Shown: positions 27,094-32,000 of the stretch, piece by piece
Numbering within the stretch: the first letter of the stretch is position 1
Layout of the letters: every line of letters begins with the position of its first letter
DNA from: Longivirga aurantiaca
Lineage (GTDB): Bacteria; Actinomycetota; Actinomycetes; S36-B12; CAIYMF01
Assembly (NCBI RefSeq): GCF_042660085.1
Contig: NZ_JBHSTI010000009.1
Location: 1-32,000, forward strand
Length of the DNA: 32,000 bases
Reading direction: 5' to 3'
Notes under the pieces: generated by a model
Database searches by the model: none
Told to the model about the DNA's origin: nothing
Seen by the model: only the letters and a program-made list of their open reading frames with translations
Translations under genes and position numbers: made by a program

Positions 27094-27602
27094 TGGCGGC
27101 GACCCCCGTCGAGACCGATGCCGGCGGCGACAGCGTCACTGTCCGCTTCCGGGACGCGATGGGACAGGTGGCCGCACCGGTATGCGTGGTCACGATCCTC
27201 GACGACGCCCACCCGTACGGCACCACGGTGAGTGCCTTCATGTCGCTGTCGATGGCACCGCCCATGCTGCTGCTGTCCCTCGACAACACATCCCGGCTGC
27301 TCAGCCGGATCTCGTTCGGCTCGCGACTGGGTGTGAACATCCTCGCCACGGACCAGCAGGCGCTCGCGAGCAGGTTCGCGAGCAAGATCGATGACAAGTT
27401 CGACGGCGTCGACTGGTTCCTGGACGCCGACGCGCCCCGGTTCGACTCGGTCCACGCGTGGGTCTGCCTCGACGTGCGCGAGATCATCGCGGGGGGCGAC
27501 CACCGCGTGATCCTCGGAGAGGTCGTCGCGGCCGAGGCCCTCGAAGGCTTCCAGCCGCTCACGTACCACCGCCGGACGTTCGGCACGCACGCCGCTCTCT
27601 GA
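27090..27602 (+). CDS. Flavin reductase-like FMN-binding protein
   Basis: 170 aa. FRDAMGQVAAPVCVVTILDDAHPYGTTVSAFMSLSMAPPMLLLSLDNTSRLLSRI...FGVNILATDQQALASRFA-type motif (GVNILATDQQALASRFA). Confidence 0.93.
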   Translation: MMAATPVETDAGGDSVTVRFRDAMGQVAAPVCVVTILDDAHPYGTTVSAFMSLSMAPPMLLLSLDNTSRLLSRISFGSRLGVNILATDQQALASRFASKIDDKFDGVDWFLDADAPRFDSVHAWVCLDVREIIAGGDHRVILGEVVAAEALEGFQPLTYHRRTFGTHAAL

Positions 27603-27662
27603 TCGAGCCGGCCCAGCTGCTCGGCACGACGCTCCGCCACCCGGCCGAGGAAGGATCCGTGA

Positions 27663-28205
27663 ATGAAGCTCTTCCACATCAACGTGGTGTGCATGGACTT
27701 CGAGAAGTCCTACGCCTTCTACACCGAGACGCTCGGCATGGTGCCGCTCACCCGGCGTACCGCTTCCTCCGGGGACGGCGCTCCGACGGGACCGCTCACG
27801 CGTCTGCCGGACGGACGGCTGCCGGGGGAGGCCCGCACCAAGGACGAGGATCAGGATGCTTCCCGGCGCGCGCTGGCGATGTCCGGTGATATGGGTAGCC
27901 GAGGCGTTCTGCTCTACTGGCCCGAGATGCCCCAGGGTCCGTACATCGACCTGCTCGAGTGGACCGAGGGCGGCTACGACGTCGAGCGGACGGTGAAGGG
28001 CACCGGCTTCGCGCGCCTCGCCATGCAGGTGGACGACATCGAGGCCGAGTACGCGCGCATGACCGAGCGGGGCGTCGAGTTCTACAGCGAGCCCGTCCTC
28101 ATCACGCTCGGCGCCACGGCCATCAAGATCGTGTTCTTCGAGGATCCGGACGGCACCGTCCTCGAGTTCGTGGAGCTCGCCGCCGGCGGCTGGGGGAAGG
28201 TCTGA
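27663..28205 (+). CDS. VOC-superfamily protein (glyoxalase/extradiol-dioxygenase-like single-domain)
   Basis: 180 aa. MKLFHINVVCMDFEKSYAFYTETLGM...FARLAMQVDDIEAEYARMTERGVEFYSEP...IVFFEDPDGTVLEFVEL. Confidence 0.9.
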   Translation: MKLFHINVVCMDFEKSYAFYTETLGMVPLTRRTASSGDGAPTGPLTRLPDGRLPGEARTKDEDQDASRRALAMSGDMGSRGVLLYWPEMPQGPYIDLLEWTEGGYDVERTVKGTGFARLAMQVDDIEAEYARMTERGVEFYSEPVLITLGATAIKIVFFEDPDGTVLEFVELAAGGWGKV

Positions 28206-28206
28206 C

Positions 28207-28977
28207 ATGCCTGCTTCGATGACGGGACAGACGGCCATCGTGACCGGAGGGAGCCGGGGGATCTGCCTCGCTGCCGCCAAAGCGATGCTCGATCGTGGCG
28301 CCAACGTGTGCATCACCGGGCGGCACGAGGAGCAGCTGGCCGAGGCGCTGGCGCATCTGGCCGCTGGTAATCGCGCTATCGCGGTTGCCGGGCACGCGGC
28401 AGAGGCCGCGCACCGTGAGGAGACGGTCGCGACGGTGATGGCGACGTTCGGATCGATCGACGTCCTGGTCAACGGGGTGGGCATCAACCCGTACTACGGG
28501 TCGCTCTCGGACCTGCCGGAGGACGTCGCGATCAAGATGTACCGCACCAACGTGCTCGCCGCCCTGGAGTGGTTCAAGCTGTGCGAGAAGGCATGGATGG
28601 CCGAGCACGGCGGGAGCGTGGTCAACCTCGCCGCGGCCGGCGTCTACCGCGGAGGCCCACTGCTCGGCGCGTACTGCGTCACCAAGGCCGCGCTCGTGCG
28701 GCTCACCGAGCAGCTTGCGCTGGAGAAGGCTCCGCTCCGGATCCGGTTCAACGCCGTCGCCCCCGCCACGGTGCGCACGAAGTTCGCCGCCAAGTTCTGG
28801 GAGGGCAACGAGGAGGCGGTCGCAGCGGCGTACCCGATCGGGCGTGCCGGGGAGCCCGAGGATGTCGGCGAGGCCATCGCCTTCTTCGCGAGCAACGACT
28901 CGTCGTGGATCACCGGACAGACCCTCGCCATCGACGGCGGGCTGTTGCTCACGACGTCGGTCGACTCGCTCGCGTGA
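28207..28977 (+). CDS. SDR-fold protein, tandem copy A, with degenerate cofactor and catalytic motifs
   Basis: 256 aa. VTGGSRGICLA (Gly to Cys in TGxxxGxG) and NLAAAG...YCVTK (catalytic Ser to Ala). Otherwise aligns ungapped with the next gene. Confidence 0.9.
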   Translation: MPASMTGQTAIVTGGSRGICLAAAKAMLDRGANVCITGRHEEQLAEALAHLAAGNRAIAVAGHAAEAAHREETVATVMATFGSIDVLVNGVGINPYYGSLSDLPEDVAIKMYRTNVLAALEWFKLCEKAWMAEHGGSVVNLAAAGVYRGGPLLGAYCVTKAALVRLTEQLALEKAPLRIRFNAVAPATVRTKFAAKFWEGNEEAVAAAYPIGRAGEPEDVGEAIAFFASNDSSWITGQTLAIDGGLLLTTSVDSLA

Positions 28978-28990
28978 AGGGGGCAGTCCT

Positions 28991-29761
28991 ATGCCGGCGT
29001 CGATGAAGGACCGGGTCGCGATCGTGACGGGCGGGACACGCGGTATCGGCCTGGCCACGGCGCGGTCCTTGCTGGATCGCGGGGCGACCGTGTGCATCAC
29101 CGGACGCAGTACCGAGCAGCTGGCCGATGCACTCACCCAGCTGGATGCGGGTGAACGAGCAATCGGCGTCGCCGGCCACGCGGCCGAGGCTGCGCACCAG
29201 GACGCCACGGTCGCGCGCGTCATGGCGGAGTTCGGATCCGTCGACGTCCTGGTCAACGGGGTGGGCATCAACCCGTACTACGGGTCGACCAGCGACCTGC
29301 CCGAGGATGTAGCGATCAAGATGTTCCGCACCAACGTGTTGGCGGCTCTTGCCTGGTTCACCCGCTGCGAGCAGGCCTGGATGGGTGAGCATGGCGGGAG
29401 CGTCGTCAACCTGTCCTCGGCCGGCGCCTATCGAGGCGGTCCGCTCCTCGGCTCGTACGGCATCACGAAGGCCGCGATGATCCGGTTGACGGAGCAGCTG
29501 GCCCTCGAGAAGGCGCCCCGACGGATACGGGTCAACGCAGTCGCCCCCGGCACGGTGCGGACGAAGTTCGCGGCGCAGTTCTGGGAAGGCAACGAGGAGG
29601 CCGCCGCGGCCGCGTATCCGCTGGGCAGGGCAGGGGAGCCTGAGGACGTGGCCGAGGCGATCGCCTTCCTGGCCAGTGACGACGCGTCGTGGATCACCGG
29701 CCAGACACTCGCGATCGACGGCGGACTCCTGCTGACGACGCTCGTCGACTCCCTGGCCTGA
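28991..29761 (+). CDS. Short-chain dehydrogenase/reductase, tandem copy B, intact motifs
   Basis: 256 aa from the ATG at 28991. VTGGTRGIGLA, NLSSAG...YGITK, WITGQTLAIDGG. Confidence 0.94.
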   Translation: MPASMKDRVAIVTGGTRGIGLATARSLLDRGATVCITGRSTEQLADALTQLDAGERAIGVAGHAAEAAHQDATVARVMAEFGSVDVLVNGVGINPYYGSTSDLPEDVAIKMFRTNVLAALAWFTRCEQAWMGEHGGSVVNLSSAGAYRGGPLLGSYGITKAAMIRLTEQLALEKAPRRIRVNAVAPGTVRTKFAAQFWEGNEEAAAAAYPLGRAGEPEDVAEAIAFLASDDASWITGQTLAIDGGLLLTTLVDSLA

Positions 29762-29785
29762 GCAGCCACGGCAACCGGAGGAACA

Positions 29786-30766
<981 letters not shown>

Positions 30767-30784
30767 TTCGCGGCACCGTCGTGA

Positions 30785-30805
30785 GACGGGTGCCCGTGAC
30801 CCGTC
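30785..30805. terminator. Possible hairpin between convergent genes (7-bp perfect stem, 7-nt loop)
   Basis: GACGGGT-gcccgtg-ACCCGTC. No obvious U-tract. Overlaps the stop codon of the minus-strand SDR. Confidence 0.3.
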
Positions 30806-31736
30806 AGGTGCGGTTGCCGAACCTCGCGATCAGCGCCTGGCCCTGGCCGTCCGCCTCGGTGTGCCGCACGAGCCCCGCGTCGTACACGGAGTCGGCGAGG
30901 AACAGCTGCTCGACGTTGTCGCGGATGTCCTCGGGGGACGGGTCGTCGGAGCCGAAGCCGTACGCCTCGCCGATCACCACCTGCGCGGTAGTGCCCGCGA
31001 TGGCCGTGAACGTCTCTCCGTTGACCTTCGTCTCGGGGTGCGACAGCCAGAGCACGGTGGGCGACACGAGATGGGGGGAGAACTTGGCGAGCAGCTCGTC
31101 GGTGAAGAACTTGCTGCTCGCGCTCACGGGGCGCGTGCCGGCGCCGGGTGAGATCTCGTTGATGTAGATGCCGTGGTCGAGGGAGTCCAGGGAGAGCGTC
31201 CTCGTGAAGCCGTGGATGCCCGCCTTGGCGACGCCGTACTCCAGGCGTCCCGTGCTGCCGACGAAGCCGACGGCCGAGGTGGTGTTCACGATCTTCCCGT
31301 AGCCGCGTGCCTGCATGTGCGGCCACGCGGCACGGGTGCAGTTGATGGTCCCGTACAGGTGCACCATGAGGACGCGCTCGAAGCTCTCCTGCGTGGTGTC
31401 CAGGAACGTGTAGCGGTCGGTGAAGATCCCGGCGTTGTTGACCAGGATGTCGATCTGGCCCCAGGTGTCGAGGGCCTGACCGATGATCGACTCGCCCGCC
31501 TCGACGGTGCCGACCGGGTCGAAGTTGGCGATCGCCTCGCCGCCGCGCGACACGATGAGGTCCACGACTTCCTGCGCAGGCGCGAGGTCCCCGCCACTGC
31601 CGTCGAGCTCGACGCCCGGGTCGTTGACGAGGACGCGGGCCCCGCGCGCGGCGAGGAGCAGCGCGTGCTCGCGACCGAGGCCGCGACCGGCGCCGGTGAC
31701 GACGGCCACGTGCCCGTCGAGTCGAAGCTCACCCAT
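30804..31736 (-). CDS. SDR of the multifunctional-enzyme-2 / HSD17B4-like type
   Basis: 310 aa from the CAT at 31734-31736. VTGAGRGLGREHALLLAARGARVLVNDPG, NNAGIFTDRYTFLDTTQESFERVLMVHLYGTINCTRAAWPHM, NTTSAVGFVGSTGRLEYGVAKAG. Confidence 0.93.
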   Translation of the reverse strand: MGELRLDGHVAVVTGAGRGLGREHALLLAARGARVLVNDPGVELDGSGGDLAPAQEVVDLIVSRGGEAIANFDPVGTVEAGESIIGQALDTWGQIDILVNNAGIFTDRYTFLDTTQESFERVLMVHLYGTINCTRAAWPHMQARGYGKIVNTTSAVGFVGSTGRLEYGVAKAGIHGFTRTLSLDSLDHGIYINEISPGAGTRPVSASSKFFTDELLAKFSPHLVSPTVLWLSHPETKVNGETFTAIAGTTAQVVIGEAYGFGSDDPSPEDIRDNVEQLFLADSVYDAGLVRHTEADGQGQALIARFGNRT

Positions 31737-31898
31737 CGTGCCGACCTCCAAGGACAGCACGCACCCGCCCGCGTACGGGCGGGGCGTGTCACTGGTGTCA
31801 GCCGGTCGCGGACCGACCGGGCTGCTCTCGCGGGAGACTGGGGCGGGGTCCGATCGCCGCGGACCCCTTCCCGGCCACCTCTGGTGCGGGCGGGGTTG

Positions 31899-31928
31899 AC
31901 GGTAGGACCCGCCTGCTGAGACTGTCAA
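31899..31928 (-). promoter_or_regulatory. Candidate promoter of the minus-strand SDR, TTGACA-N18-TACCGT
   Basis: On the minus strand TTGACA = 31928-31923 and TACCGT = 31904-31899. Overlaps the palindrome with the same geometry as the other two. Confidence 0.5.
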
Positions 31929-31935
31929 GCGCTTG
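31926..31935. promoter_or_regulatory. Perfect palindrome CAAGCGCTTG, candidate TetR-family operator (copy 3)
   Basis: Minus strand reads TCTACCAAGCGCTTGACAGTCTC. Lies between the minus-strand SDR and a new plus-strand gene start. Confidence 0.78.
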
Positions 31936-31986
31936 GTAGAGAGATTCTCGGACCGCACGCGGTCCCGTCCCCGCGAGAGGTGTCCC

Positions 31987-32000
31987 GTGACCGACGAGGT
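31987..32000 (+). CDS. First codons of a new plus-strand gene truncated by the window edge
   Basis: GTG ACC GAC GAG GT (MTDE...) preceded by a purine-rich GAGAGG. Only the start is present. Confidence 0.4.

Noticed and set aside
28207-29761. Tandem SDR duplication as evidence of a mobile element or assembly artefact
   Set aside because: No transposase or terminal repeats. About 20% protein divergence with coherent function-specific substitutions argues for an old duplication rather than an artefact.

Overview
This is a high-GC actinobacterial-type window, packed almost end to end with catabolic and CoA-pathway genes. I found no RNA genes, CRISPR arrays or mobile elements. Plus-strand block 1 (461-9822): CHMO-type Baeyer-Villiger monooxygenase, Ltp-type thiolase fold plus DUF35 partner, F420-type LLM oxidoreductase, SDR, acyl-CoA ligase, cyclase-family hydrolase, SnoaL-like protein, SDR and a small orphan ORF. 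Block 2 (10415-16279): quinone-oxidoreductase-like MDR, CoA-transferase A/B with a 42-codon ORF between them, MaoC hydratase, CitE/HpcH lyase, DECR/PECR-like SDR, two-PQ-loop membrane protein and PPOX/F420-type protein. A minus-strand unit (19304 back to 16286) encodes ferredoxin, HAD, TesB thioesterase and RibBA. Block 3 (19482-30766): P450, canonical thiolase, HAD, FabG-like SDR, MaoC, HsaA-like flavin monooxygenase/acyl-CoA-dehydrogenase fold, MBL-fold hydrolase, SDR, flavin reductase, VOC protein, tandem SDR paralogs and AKR. It is followed by a minus-strand HSD17B4-like SDR. The most notable signals are: (1) an identical 10-bp palindrome CAAGCGCTTG at three intergenic sites. Each site carries an embedded TTGACA -35 and a TANNNT -10 at 18-bp spacing, which suggests one TetR/KstR2-like regulon. 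(2) A tandem SDR pair about 80% identical, in which the first copy has lost both the catalytic Ser and a cofactor-motif Gly, recalling catalytic/non-catalytic heteromeric SDRs such as BbsCD. (3) An Ltp/DUF35 pair that looks like an acyl-CoA retro-aldolase rather than a thiolase. (4) A CoA-transferase/MaoC/CitE module like itaconate-type degradation. (5) Riboflavin synthesis (RibBA) placed in the apparently co-regulated unit. The substrate of the cluster is not determinable from sequence alone; an alicyclic, terpenoid or steroid-like ketone is a reasonable inference.
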